NCBI RefSeq assembly: GCF_035084215.1
Contig: NC_090340.1
Location: 5,456,001-5,520,000 of the forward strand
Reading direction: 5' to 3'
Source of the DNA: Heptranchias perlo
Taxonomy: Eukaryota
DNA: 64,000 nt
How positions within the stretch are numbered: position 1 is the first letter of the stretch; each line of letters begins with the position of its first letter. Shown one piece after another: positions 1 to 13,019 of this stretch. Both the position numbers and the translations under genes were made by a program. The notes under the pieces are model-generated. The model saw only the letters and a list, made by a program, of their open reading frames with translations. It had not been told where the DNA came from and ran no database searches.

Positions 1-2600
1 TTCTCAGTCGAGCAGTGGTCACCTACAGGTTGAGCGTGGAACGTGTCAAAAAATTCCTCACTCAACACAGGGGCAGCACACACGATGGGAAAATAGTCTG
101 TTTTGGGGTGATACATGGTCATTGGATTGTCCCCTATTTTCGATAAGCACGGTAAGGTGGGCCCATTCAGTGGGCTGGGGTAAAGGTTTGGATTGTCGAT
201 GCCAGGCGATGACCCACCGGTAATGCATGTCCGACATATGTAGGGCATGCAAGTCAGTATTGACCGGATTGTGGCTGGTGATAGTCGAGACCTGATCATT
301 GAACAAGGATTTAAATAGAAGCTCGTTAACAGCAGTCTCTTTGGCCGCCTTGTCGGGTTGGTTATTTTTTTATGACCCTTAACTTTTTTGATAAAACACG
401 GATGCTACGTGCCTAATAATGAACCCCACAATAGTTTAAACACCACACCAAGCACAAGAGGCTTACCATCATAAGTCCAAAGTCATCCTTTTGATACAAA
501 GGCAATGACAACGTGGTGTTAACAGCGTAGACACTGTCAGACCAGATATTAATAGGCTGGTCAGAGGTTTCAGCACAGCCGTTAACTGTGCCGTAAGTTC
601 GGCATATTGTGCCGAATGGGGCACGCACTTGTGCTGAATTACTCTATCGGAGAGGATGACAGTAAAACCGGTGCATGGTCCACTCTTGTGGAAGAACGGT
701 GATCCATCGATGTGGACATCCGATACATTTTATAAAGGCTACGTCTGGACTGGGTGGACGGCAAAGTCCAACAATGGTAGGGGACACTCATATGGCTCAC
801 CAGTGTACAAAAGCAGTTGGGGCAGGAAGGTGATCTTTTTCGGGGTGATACCGAGTCTTTGCTGTGTCAGTAGCGATGTCCAAAATCTCAGTCGGGGCAA
901 CGGAACCAAGGCGTCTCCTGGTTTCATTAACAAGTTAAGGGGTATGTATGGATAATTCAGTATCGTTGTTTGGAACCCGGTAATGTAAGTGAAGTGTTTG
1001 ACAGCCCGAAAGTTGGCCAATAAATGTCACTCACAGGGGTCATGTGTCGTTTCTACTCCAGTCAGTATTCCTGAGGAACAGCCAATGAGTAACAGCTTGC
1101 TTTGTACCCCCGGCACAAAACTGGAGGGAGGCTCCAGACCAAAAATGGTCACTAGCTCCCACCTCCAGGTGAAAGGGTTGGTCATGGTCAGGAGTGATTA
1201 AACAGGTGGCCTGCATTATCACTTCTTTTAGTTGCTGAGCTGCATTAGTATGGGACTCTGACCATCGACGTTTCACCTCATCCTTATCCCCTTTTAAACT
1301 TCATACAAGGGTTTGGCCAATACGGCAAATCGTGGAATAAAACATCTTTGATATCCCACCAGGCCCAGAAATGACCCTGGCACTGTCTTGGAAACTGGCA
1401 ACGCCAGTTGCTGAATAACGTCCACCTTATGCTGATCTCGAGTCTGTCCCGCCGCCGAGATCGAGCCTCTCAAAAATGTAACTTGCTCTTTCAGCAGTTG
1501 GGCCTTTCGAAGGTTAAGTTTAAGCCTCGCCTCACTGAACACCGTAGCAGCTCGTCGAGAAGCAAAAGGTGCTCCTCTATTGTCGTCTTCGCTAGCAGCA
1601 AATCGTCAACCTATTGTAGCAAGCCGTGAGGTTTGACGGCTTTAGCCATTTTCTTGTGGAAGATAGTTGGAGCATTGGGGAAACCCTGGTCTTGGAAAGT
1701 AAAGGCGAACTCATACATGTCTTTTTTTCTGGACCGGAATGCTCCAAAACCCGTTGGATACATCTAAGGTCGAAAAGTACTTGCAACCGGTAGGTTTCTG
1801 GAACAACAGCATTGGCGTTTCTCTAACCACCGTTGAGCAAGCAGGGGGAACTGAATTTAGTTTGTGATAGTCAATTGTTAATCGCCAGCTATCATGTGGT
1901 TTGTTAATGGGCCATATTGGGGAATTTGTGGTGAACGCGCCTGGTCTAACAACACCCTGCTGTACCAATGATTCAAGTGTACCCTTTATGTACGGATAGC
2001 TTCCAGGAGGGATGGGTACTGCTTTGCAAATAAATGTGGTGTCCATTTACAAACTCCTCCCCCTCCATCCGGCCAAAATCATGCTTACTAACCATGAATG
2101 CCGACATCTCTTTTCGCAACGCAAACTGTACTTCAGGATTCTCATGAACTGGCATCTCATACGTTTCTTGTTTCTTAATTGCGTATACCGAGTGTTCATC
2201 TGAAATTGCGCAGCAATTCATCCCGTCAGTAGTTACGGAGTTACCAGTGACATCTGTATCAAACCATAGGCATTCGTTAGCATAGTCTGTAATGACTTGA
2301 AACTGAATTAACAAATAGGTTCCCGTTATCCCTCGTTCATCGCTAGACCCCTTAGACACAGCCGTTTCAAGCGTGTACTTGAACCCCATGAGAGTCAGCC
2401 GGGTTTGGCCCAACTGGTATGCGTATTGAGCCGAACATTCAAATCCGTTCAAAAGCACGCGTGTCGGTCCCACCGCCTCATGGCGTTCAGGATGTGGGGT
2501 ATGTTAGATGGTCATCGATGACCCCGTGTCTATTAACATTAACTGCTGCTGACCCCCGTCTATAACAGCGTGACTCCCGGGTCTGGCATGGCCATCACGT
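1..2600 (-). pseudogene. pol: Retroviral pro-pol (protease, RT, tether, RNase H), disrupted
   Basis: Protease LMLIDTGS at about 2519-2540. RT motifs NSPIWPINK..WRLTIDYHKLN and YFSTLDVSNGFWSIP (1711-2046). Catalytic LLQ*VDDLLL at about 1595-1622, with Y mutated to a stop. Tether PDHDQPFHLEVGAS (1040-1276). RNase H motifs HIDGS (about 702-716), NIWSDSVYAV (about 520-550) and KVKGH (about 373-387). Confidence 0.88.
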
Positions 2601-2780
2601 CGGAACCCACTGCAGACTGTGTTGGGGAGTCAACTTCCTTCATTGACTGTCATGCCCAGTCAGGAGACGCTAGTCACGAGTTCACGGATGGAGTTGAAGG
2701 GGCTGAGGGAATTTCGCGGGTGACCACCGACACTCGTTTGGCCTGCTCGGACATGGCACTATGGGAAAGCTATTAATTTA

Positions 2781-4359
2781 TCAATTCTCAAGTCGGTGGG
2801 GGACTGGCGAGATAGTTCGTAGTGGGGGGGGGGGGTGGTCGGACCCTGATGCCTGGCCTCTCCTACCCGTTGACTCGCTTCTAGGCTGTTTACATTCCCT
2901 CGTGAAATGTCCCGTCTTGCCGCAATTATAACATAGCAGTCCCCTCTGGGGAAATCTTCCCTTCCCAAATGATTGTTTGCTGTGTCTCCTCGGACCTCCC
3001 AGCAGTGAGACAGCTTTGTTTTTACCCCGGCTAGAGAATTGGAAGATATGTGATCTCGCACCTCCTCCCTTGCTCGCACAACAGTATACCTGAGAGTAGC
3101 CCAGGCACGATCCTTTGAAACGGACCGTCCCAGAGCTTTTCTCACCATACCGTGCAGCTGATGCAAAAAACATCGTGCAGACCAGGCCCACCCCCTGACG
3201 GGTGACGCTGTCAGCTGGGTTCGCTCATAGAGATCCTAGAGGCAATTTGCGAACGCAGTGGGGTGTACGCTGGGGCCCTGCACTGTCTGTGAGCAGCTGA
3301 GCTTCAAATAGATGCTATCGATGCCCAATATATTTGTAATTTCCGTGAACAGAAGGTCTGATTTGGCATCCAGCGTGTCGGACGCCGCTGAGAGGCACGC
3401 CTTCAATTTTGCCACTGCGGCGGCCAGCAGTACCTTTTTCAGGTCACCGACATCGAACTCGGGATGACCTCCTTTAATGTCTCCCCATGCCCGTGTGATC
3501 CCGATCGAATCATCCCTTTCTTTAAAACTGCAAATTCCTCTGGCTAAGGCCAGTGCCGAATTGGGTTTTAGTGGCTCTGACTCGTGCATCGTTGTGGGAA
3601 TACCACGCTTGTTAGCGGTCGTCTGCATTGTGATCACATTGACGTGCATCGGCCCCTTCTCATCACGATTCGGATCGTAGTCCGAGTAATAGTAAGGGGC
3701 AGCTTGTCCTTCCAGCCCGTCCCAATCTAGGTCGCCTCCGTCTCCAGGCTCATGGTAACGGCTGAAACATCAGCTTTATGGTGGTCCTAGTTTGCTCTGC
3801 ACCTCGTAAATCTTGAGTTCACATTGGGTATGGTCGGCCTCTCAAGCTGGTCTAGTCATCATCTCTCTTAAAGCTCCTCTTGCATCCTCCAGCTGTCGTG
3901 CCAAGACCTCAACCTTCCTTTCTCGTTCCGTAATCTTATCCTTCATTTCGCATGACGCGACTACGGGTGAAGCTGAGACACACGCCTGTGTTTTCTGCCG
4001 CTGCAGCATACATGACATGTCCTGTGCCCTAGTGAGTTGCGACTCGATATTCTGCTTTGTCTTGCAAAGTTCTTTCTCCAGATCAAGGACTGGTCGTCTT
4101 TTTCTGACAAACTTCTTTCTCCAGCTCAATTATGAGCTGCCGACTCTTTTGCACGCAAAAGAGGGCTGCGGAATCAAACAATTGCCTACCCTTTCCTGAC
4201 TTGATTGCTTTGTCGTCCATTTGTTTCTGGATCAATGCCACCACTGCGCGGAAGCTTTTATCATTTCTGGACATGATCAACGCGACGACATCCCCCACGC
4301 AACTTATCCAATTGCTTTTGTAAGGCTTTCTCTATGTCTGTTCTCTTAGGGTCAGCCAT
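2781..4359 (-). pseudogene. gag: Retroviral gag, frameshifted
   Basis: ATG at 4359 (MADPKRTDIEKALQKQ...) lies just downstream of the PBS. It is followed by a coiled-coil-rich fragment (3842-4298), a capsid-like fragment (3236-3649), and a partial CCHC knuckle CYNCGKTGHFTREC in ORF 2781-3191. Confidence 0.8.
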
Positions 4360-4500
4360 CCTATGGGGCGCTATGACTACTGGCAGGTATACCAAAGTTG
4401 CCTGCACTTCTTCACGGTTATCATTCCTAAACCGACGTACCAGCAAAATAGGTCGGTCTTGGACCTTATGTAAAACAGAACAAACACCACTGTTAGTCAC

Positions 4501-4518
4501 GCCCTGCCACGGTCGCCA
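4501..4518 (-). promoter_or_regulatory. Primer-binding site, tRNA-Arg type
   Basis: Minus-strand TGGCGACCGTGGCAGG is complementary to a tRNA 3' end ...CCTGCCACGGTCGCCA, which resembles vertebrate tRNA-Arg(TCG). It lies directly after the LTR-terminal CA. Confidence 0.8.
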
Positions 4519-4521
4519 ATT

Positions 4522-5310
4522 TGTAGGGTATCTCTGCTCTGTCGCAATAATTAGCGTGACTCCATTATGGAACAATGGGGTTTTATTAAGCTTTATACAA
4601 GGATCAGCACTACGCGCACTTATCAGTAGTTATCAGGACAGAACAAGAGCTATAACACCAGTTCTATGCTGGGTAGAGATCGTGCTCACTTCGCACAGGA
4701 GTCGTGACAGTTTACCTCTCATTACCGTAGGCCCCAACCCTGCCTGGGGCTCCTCTGCTCCTAGGCTCCTGGCCTATTCTGATCCCGATCTTCTCCTCAA
4801 GGCTGCCTGGTATCACTCCAGGATCAACCTTTACTCCTGCCCTGGTTCTCTGGAGTCTAACTCTCGCAGTGGGTCTCTCTTTTATGCCACTTTTCAGGAC
4901 AGGCACAGGGGCTGGCATTGAAACTGAATCGGGGCCTTTCCAAAGGGCGAGGTGACCAAAACGGCGTCGAGTATCTTCTGGACAAAGGATGACGTGTTGG
5001 CCTACTACTTGTCTCTACCTTTTGCGAGCAGAAGATGATTGAATATACCTCAAGATGCCAAACATCTTAGTTGACCAATCACTGGCCTACAACGTCTAAG
5101 AAGAAGCTGCTTCCCCATCGTGTCTTGTTATGCTTCCCTCAAGGCCGAAGTCAGCAGCTTTGGGCACGTTATCTCACAATCTATGCCTGTTCTCTGGCTA
5201 ACAATTCTAAGTCCCCATTGTTAAGTTTAAAGGTGATTTTTGGAGGTTTGGACAGTTGTCTCATCTTGTGGCCACGACTGAATAACTTTGTTATAATGGC
5301 TATAATTACA
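4522..5310 (-). repeat. Putative 5' LTR of the ERV (about 790 bp)
   Basis: The minus strand starts TGTAATTA (5310) and ends CCCTACA (4522), 3 nt before the PBS. It has a TATA-like CATAAAAG at about 4879-4886 and AATAAA at 4582-4587 (minus). The 5310 boundary cannot be confirmed because no second LTR is in the window. Confidence 0.7.
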
Positions 5311-5379
5311 TCTATGTTATGAATTTCGCAATTTTGTGAATTGCATTAATGGCGAAACGCTTCTTTTCTTATACGCCCA

Positions 5380-6493
5380 ATTAATGAAGTCAATGGGAAT
5401 CAGGGGGAAAACTTTCCAGTGGCTGGAGTCATATCTAGCACAAAGGAGGATGGTAGTGGTTGCAGGAGGCCATTCATCTCACCCCCATGACATTGCTGCA
5501 GGAGTTCCTCAGGGCAGTGTCCTAGGCCCAACGACCATCAGCTGCTTCATCAATGACCTGCCCTTCATCATAAGGTCAGAAATAGGGATGTTCGCTGATG
5601 ATTGCACACTGTTCAGTTGCATTCGCAAGCACTCATATAATGAAGCAGTCAGTGCCCGCAAGCAGCAAGACCTGGAGAACATTCAGGCTTGGGCTGATAA
5701 GTGGCAAGTAACATTCGCGCTAGAGAAGTACCAGGCAATCAACATCTCCAACAAGAGAGAGTCTAACTACCACCCCTTGACATTCAACGGCATTGCCATC
5801 TCCGAATCCCCCACTATCAACATCCTGGGGGTCACCATTGACAAGAAACTTAACTGGACCAGCCACATAAATACTGTGGCTATAAGAGCGCGTCAGAGGC
5901 TGGGTATTCTGCGACGAGTGACTCACCTCCTGGCTCCCCAAAGCCTTTCCACCATCTACAAGGCATAAGCCAGGGGTGTGATGGAATACTCTCCACTTGC
6001 CTGGATGAGTGCAGCTCCAACAACACTCAAGAAGCTAGACACTATCCAGGACAATGCAGCTCACTTAATTGGCACCCCATCCACCACCCTAAACATTCAC
6101 TCCCTTCGCCACTGGCGCACTGTGGCTTCAGTGTGTACCATCCACAGGAAGCACTGCAGCAACTCGCCAAGGTTTCTTCGACAGCACCTCCCAATCTCGC
6201 GACCTCTACCACCTAGAAGGACAAGGGCAGCAGGCTCATAGGAACAACACCATCTGCACGTTTCCCTCCAAGTCACACACCACCCCAACTTGAAAATATA
6301 TCGCCGTTCCTTCATCGTCGCTGGGTCAAAATCCTGGAACTCCCTTCCCAACAGCACTGTGGGAGAACCTTCACCACACATGTTGCAGCGGTTCAAGAAG
6401 GCGTCGCACCACCACCTTCTCAAGGGCAATTAGGGATGTGCAATAAATGCAGGCCTTGCCAGCGACGCCCACATCCCATGAATGAAAAAAAAA
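5380..6493 (+). mobile_element. 5'-truncated non-LTR retrotransposon (CR1/L2 group, called 'family B' here): RT C-terminus and 3' UTR
   Basis: GVPQGSVLGP...FINDLP...MFADD in ORF 5336-5968 and MEYSPLAW in 5978-6241. The 3' end is ...CCCATGAATGAAAAAAAAA. The same family occurs at about 24.2-25.0 kb and 45.3-48.1 kb. Confidence 0.9.
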
Positions 6494-6759
6494 TGGTTTT
6501 CTAAAGCTTGACATATTCTACGTTATATGTTGCTAAACACCCTTGTGCAGGTTGGTTAGTGTATATGTGTAGTATTGATACAAAAAATGTGATCATATAA
6601 AGAGAGTAAGAGTTCCATATCAAAATACATGTGGTACAATGAGGCAAGGTGAGGTTACAACAACTGTTAATAGTCATCAGATGTATGTTTGATTAATAAA
6701 AGGGTGACTACACAAAATACACATGGGATACAGGCTTGACATGTATAGGTATAGTCTTT

Positions 6760-7345
6760 CAATGGGCAGGTACTCAAATTGGTAGGACGTAACTAGTGGT
6801 GTCTCACACGGATCTGTGCTAGGGCCTCAACTATTAACTGCATTTATTAACAGCTTAGATGACGGGATAAAGTGCCACATATCCAAGATTGCCGATGACA
6901 CAAAGATAGGCAGCATTGTAAGCAGTGTACATGGAAGGATAATATAGAGGGTGATATTAGTAGATTAAGCGAATGGGCAAAACTGTGGCAAAATGATTTC
7001 AAAGCGAGGTCACCCACTTTGGATTTAAAATCATAGATCAGATCAATTTCTAAGTGGTGAAAAGCTCGAAAAATTGAAGGTCCAAAGAGATTTAGGAGTC
7101 CATGTACATAGGTCACCAAAATATCATGGACAGGTACAAAACCTGATTAAAAAAACTAATGAAATACTGGCCTTTATATCTAGAAGACGAGAGTACAAGG
7201 GGGTAGAAGTTATGCTACAGCTATGCAAAGCCCCGATTAAGTCACACCTGGAGTATTGTGTTCAGGTCTGGGTATCGGTCATTAGGAAGGCTATATTTGT
7301 CTTGGCGGGAGTACAGTGGAAATGTACTAGAATGCTACCTATAGA
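6760..7345 (+). mobile_element. CR1 LINE fragment (RT region)
   Basis: Degenerate SKIADDTKIG, QRDLGVHVH and HLEYCVQVW motifs. Confidence 0.8.
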
Positions 7346-10300
7346 ATCATAGAATCAAACGAAGGTAACAGCATGGAAGGAATCTATTCAGGCCATCGAG
7401 TCCGTGCCGGCTCTGTGCAAAGCAATCCAGCTAATCTCACTCCCCCGCTCTTTCCCGGTAGCCCTGAAAAATGTTCCTTCAATACTTATGCAGCTCCCTT
7501 TTAAAGGCCATTATTGAATCTGCCTCCACTACCCCCTCAGGCAGTGCATTCCAGATCCTAAACACTCGCTGTGTAAAATAGTTTTTCCTCGTGTCACCTT
7601 TGGTTGTTTTACCAAACACCTTACATCTATGTCCTCTAGTCCTTCCGCCAATCGGAACAGTTTCTCTCTATCTATTCTGTCTAGACCCTTCATGATTTTG
7701 AATACCTCTATCAAATCTCCTCCCAACCGTCTCTGTTCCAAGAAGAACAACCTCAGCTTCTCTAGTCTACCAACGTAACTAAAGTCCCTCATCACTAGAA
7801 TCATTCTAGTAAACCTCTTCTGCACTATTTCAAAGGCTTCACATCTTTCCTGAAGCGCGGTGCCCAGAACGGGACACAATACTCCAGGTGAGGCCGAACC
7901 AGTGTTTTATAAAGCTTCATCATGACTTATTTGCTTTTATAATCTATGCCACTATTTATAAAGCCCAGGATCCCGGATGCTTTTTTATCCACTTTCTTAA
8001 TCTGCCAACTTCAACGATTTGTGCACATATACCCCCAGATCTCTCTGTTCATGTACCCCTTTTAGAGTTGTGCCCTTTAATTTATATTGCATCTCCTAGT
8101 TCTTCCTACCGAAATGTATCAATTCGCATTTTTTCGAGTTAAATTTCATCTGCCATGTGTCCTCCCATGCTCCCAGCCTATCTCTATCCTCTTGAAATCT
8201 ATCACTATCCACCGCACTGTTGACTGCCCTTCCAAGTTTTGTGTCATCTGCAAATTTTGAAATTGTGTCATGCACACCCAAGTCCAAGTCATTAATATAT
8301 ATCAAGAAAAGCAATGGTCCTAAAACTGATCCTTGGGAAACACAACCGTAAACCTCCCTCTAGTCGGATAAAAAAACCGTTCAACACTGATCTGTTTCCT
8401 GTCCCTTAGCCAATTCTGTATCCATGTTGTTAATGCCCCCTTTATTCCATGAGCCGCAATCTTGATGATAAGCCTACCATGTGGCACTTTATCAAGCGCC
8501 TTTTGGAAATCCATATACACCACTTCAACTGCATTGCCATCATCTGCCCTTTCTGTTACCTCATCAAAAAACACTTTCACGTCAGCTAAACACAATTGCC
8601 TTTACCAATTCCGTGCAGGCTTTCCCTAATCAATCCAACCCCATCCAAGTGACTGTTGATTCTGCCCGGTTTATCATCTGTAAAAGTATACCCACCAATG
8701 ATGTTAAAACTGAATGGACTATAGTTGCTTGGTTTATCCATACAACTTTTTTGAACAAGGGTGTAACATTTGCAATTCTCCAGTCCTCTGGAACTACCCC
8801 CGTATCTATTGATGTTTGCAAGATTATGGCCAGTCCCTCTGCAATTTCCGCCTTACGTCCCTCAGCAGCCAAGGATGCATCCCATCCAGACCGGGTGACT
8901 TATCTACTTTAAGTACAGCTAGCCTTTTAATTCCCTCTTCTTCATCGATTTTTAGCCATCCATGATCTCAACTATATCTTCCTTTACTGAGACTGCGGCA
9001 GCATCTTCTTCCTAGGTAAAGATAGATGCAAAGTATTCATTTTGTACCTCAGCCATCCCCCCTGCCTCCATGAGTAAATCTCCTTTACGGTCCCTGATCA
9101 GCCCCGCACCTCGTCTTACTACCCGTTTACTCTTTACATGCCTGTAGAATACTTTTGGATTCCCTTTTAGGTTGGCCGCCAGTCTATTCTCATACTCTCT
9201 CTTTGTCCCCCTTATTTCTTTTTGCACTTCCACTTTGAACTTTATATATTCTGCCTGGTTCTCAATTTTGTTATCAACCTAACATCAGTCATGCCCACCA
9301 TTTTTCAATGTCACCTTACTCACTATTTCCTTTATCATCCAGGGAGCTCTGGCTCTAGTTGCTTTACATTTCTGCCTCATGGAATGTGTCTGGAATGTAC
9401 CCGAACCATTTCCTCCTTAAAGACCACCGACTGTTCAATTTCAGATTTGCATCCTAATCTTTGATTCCAATTTACCCCGGCCAGATCTGTTCTCATCCCA
9501 TTGAAATTGCCTCTCCTCCAATTGATTATTTTTACTTTAGAGTGGTCCGTGTCCTTTTCCATCGCTATTCTAAAACTTATGATACTATGATCGCTGCTCA
9601 CTTAATGCTCTCCCACTGAAACTTGCTCCACTTGGCACACCTTATTCCGTAGAACCAAGTCCAGCAATGCCTCCTTCTCGGTGGGCCGGAAACGTACTGT
9701 TTAAAAAACGTATCCTGGACATATTTCAAAAATGCTTCCCCCTCTGTTCCCCTTATATTAGGATAGTTGAAGTCCCCAGTTCGCACTACGTTCTAGCTTT
9801 TGCACCTCTCAATAATTTCCCTGCAAATGTGCTCCTCTATTTCATTCCCACTAGTTGGTGGCCTATTGACACATCTTTTATTTATTAACTCTAACGAAAT
9901 TGATACTGTCCTTGACCACTCCAAGACATCCTCTCTCCCCAGACGGCAATATTCTCCTTAATCAACACTGCCACCCACCCTCCACCCCCTTTATAACCTT
10001 CCCTATCTTTCCTGAACACCTTGTATCCAGAAATGTTTAGTACACAATCCTGCCCTTTTTTGAGCCAGGTCTCTGTTATCGCCAGGACATCGTATTCCCA
10101 TGTAACTATTTGCTAATGCAGCTCACCAACCTTGTTTCCCATGCTTAGTGCGTTTAAACACATGCTCTGCAATCCAGTCTTAGACTTACTTTTACTCTCG
10201 CTAAGTCTGATTCCACCTAATGCTGTACTATTACTTGCTTTGGTGCTACTTTTCTCCCCCGATCCTTTGTGTCCCTTTTATCTTCTTCCCATTTCTGCAT

Positions 10301-10860
10301 CGTGGTGCCCATCCCCCTGCCAAATTAGTTTAAACCTTCCCCCACAGCACAAGCGAACCTCCCCGCGAGGACATTGGTCCCAGTTCCGTTGAGGTGCAAC
10401 CCATCCGGCATGTACAGGTCCCACCTTCCCCGGAACTGGTCCCAAATGCCCATGAATCTAAAGCACTCCCTCCTGCACCATCTCTCCAACCACGCATTTA
10501 TCTGCTCTATCTTTCTATTTCTATGCTCATAAGCGCGTGGCACCTGGAGTAACATGGTGATTACTACCTTTGTGATCCTGTTTGTTAACCTCTTTCGAAA
10601 CTCCTTAAAATCTGCCTAGAAGGACCTCATTCCTCTTTCTACCAATGTCATTGGTGCCAATATGAACCACGACCTCTGGCTGTGCACCCTCCACCCCCCC
10701 CCCCCCCCCCGAGAATGTTCTGCACCACTCAGTGACATCCTTGATCCCAGCGTCAAGGAGGCAATATATCATTCTGGAATCACGTCTGCGGCTGAAGAAA
10801 CGCATGTCTGCTCCCCTAACTCTACATTCTCCTATCACTATTGTTCTCCTGACCTTTCCC
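7346..10860 (-). mobile_element. Near full-length decayed CR1 LINE with an ORF1 SGNH/GDSL esterase remnant and ORF2 (APE endonuclease plus RT)
   Basis: ORF1 motifs VVVHIGTNDIG (10605-10860) and WDLYMPDGLHLNGTGT (10325-10555). APE motifs GDFNYP and SSDH. RT motifs VPEDWRIANVTPLFKK, YMDFQKALDKVPH and SKFADDTKLG. The TTCTATGA-type tail is at about 7346-7357. Confidence 0.9.
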
Positions 10861-10869
10861 CTTCCCGGA

Positions 10870-11222
10870 GGGAGGAGAGCACAATGCAGGTCCAAATATG
10901 CAGAGGGGAATACAATGCAGGGATAATGGTATGAGGGGAAAGAGGAGACCACAATGCAGGTATTATGGTGAAGAGGAGAGCACGATGCATCTGTAATGGG
11001 GAAGGAGAGAACTATGCAGGTATAGTGGTGAGGAGAGTGTGATGCAGGTCTAAGCGGGAGAGGAGAGCACAATGTGGGTATAGGGGGATGAGGAGAGCAT
11101 TATGCAAGTGTTAGCAGGGAGCGAAGAGAACAATGCAGGTATAACGGGGAGAGGAGAGCATGATGCAGATGTAAGGAGTGGGGAGACGAGCGAGAGACCC
11201 ATGTCTTATGTAAGGAGAGGAG
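10870..11222. repeat. Purine-rich minisatellite, unit about 29-30 bp (left part)
   Basis: Degenerate tandem copies of approximately GAGGGGAGAGGAGAGCACGATGCAGGTATA. Confidence 0.85.
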
Positions 11223-11235
11223 AACCCGATAGCCC

Positions 11236-13012
11236 CAATTCACAGTTTATGGACTTCTTTGTCACAAAGATTTACACCGTCCGTTCAGCTGCCTCTGCTG
11301 CTTCCCTCCGTTCCACCAGCCTGCCAAGCCAAACTTCCCCTAAAGCTGCCCCCTGCCCTAGCCCTGAACTCGCATATTTCTCTATTTTCTCTCCTATCTC
11401 CCCTCATGCCCTCTCCGAGCTCATCCTGACCATGGGACCCATCTGCTCCTCCCTCGACCCTATTCCCACCAAACTGCTGACATTCCTGGCCCTCATGTTA
11501 GCTATTGTTAAGAGTTCCCTCTCCTGCGGTAATGACCCCTCACCTTCAAATCAGCTATCATCACCCCCCTCCTCAAAGAACCGACCCTTGACCCATCTGT
11601 CCGTGCAAACTTTTGCCCCTTCTCCAACATCCCTTTCCTCTACAATGTCCTTGAATGTGTTGTCGTCTCCCAAATCAGTGCCCATCTTTCCCGCAACACC
11701 ATTGTTGAATGCATCCAAACAGGTCTCCGCCCCTGCCTCAGTGCTGAAATGACCCATATCAAAGTCACAAATGACATTCAATACGACTGTGACCATGGGA
11801 AATTATCCCTCTTCGTCCTTCTCGACATGTCTGCAGCCGTTGACACGGTTGATCACACCACTCTCGTCCAAAGCCTCCCATCCATCGTCCAGCTGAATTG
11901 GACTGCCCTCGCCTGGTTCCATTCTTATACATCCTGTCGTTGAAAGAGAATCACCTGCAATGGTTTCTCTTCCCACTCCTGCACCGTTACCTCTGGAGTT
12001 CCAAATGGATCTATCCTTGGCCCCCTTCTATTTCTCATCTACTTGCTGCCACTTGGCGATATCATCTGTAAATTCAATGCCAGATTCTACATTCACGTTG
12101 ATGACATCCAGTTCTACCTCCACACCTCTCTAGATCCCTCCACTGTCTCTCATTTGTCACACTACCTCTCTGACATCCAGTACTGGATGAGCAAAACATT
12201 CCTCCAACTAAATATTGGGAAGACCAAAGCCATTACCTTTGATGGCCACCGCAAACTCAGTTCCATAGCCACTGGCTCCATCCCTCTCCATGGCCACTGT
12301 CTAACGCTGATCCAGACCGTTCGCAACCTGGGCGTTCTATTTGATCCTGAGATAAGCTTCTGACCGCATATCCGATCCATCATCAAGATCGCTTACTTTA
12401 ACCTCCATAACATCACCAGTCTCCACCTTTGCATTAGCTCATCTGCTGCTGAAACCCTCACCCATGTCTTTGTTACCTTTAGACTCGATTATTCTAACGC
12501 TCTCCTGGCTCCCATCTTCCACCCTCCATCAACTTGAGCTCATCTAAAATTCTGCTGCCAATATGGTAACTCGCACCAACTCCCGTTCTCCTACTAGAAC
12601 TGTGCTCGCTGACCTACATTGGCTCCTGATCTGGGAACGCATCGATTTTAAAATTCTCTTCCTTGTTTTCAAATCCCTCAATGGCCTCACCGCTGCTTAT
12701 ATTTGTGACCTCCTTCAGCCCTGCAACCCTCCGAGATCTCTGCGCTCCTCCAATTCTTGCCTCTTGGGTATCCCCGATTTTAATCGCTCCACCATCGGCG
12801 GCCGTGCCTTCAGCTGCCTCGTCCCTAGCCTCTGCAATTCTCTAGCTCTCTCTTCTTTTCGGAGGCTCCTACCTCTTTGACCAAGCTTTGGTCAGCTGTC
12901 CTAATATCTCCTTATTAGGCTGAGTGTCAATTTGTTTGTTTAAGAACGCTCCTGCCAAGGGCGTTGGGACGTTTTATTACGTTAAAGGCGCGATATAAAA
13001 TGTACGTTTTTG
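11236..13012 (+). mobile_element. L2-clade LINE, 5'-truncated, inserted into the minisatellite
   Basis: LDPIPTKLL, DHGKLSLFVLLDMSAAVDTVDH, HVDDIQFYL, VRNLGVLFD and LADLHWL motifs. The 3' end TACGTTAAAGGCGCGATATAAAATG is typical of fish L2. Confidence 0.88.
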
Positions 13013-13019
13013 TTTATGC

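Larger units (their letters stand above)
1..5310 (-). mobile_element. Decayed endogenous retrovirus, 5' half (LTR-PBS-gag-pro-RT-tether-RNase H); continues beyond the left edge. Probably spuma-related/class III (SnRV-like) or a similar basal lineage
   Basis: The minus strand gives, in order: an LTR with TGTA...TACA termini, a PBS, a gag zinc knuckle, protease DTGS, RT motifs, and a degenerate RNase H followed by a retroviral-type RNase H. There are many stops and frameshifts. The class assignment is inferred from motif style. Confidence 0.88.

Noticed and set aside
4334-4921. 195-aa plus-strand ORF antisense to the ERV leader and LTR
   Set aside because: It has no recognisable domain and overlaps the LTR and PBS of a decayed element. 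It is likely fortuitous.
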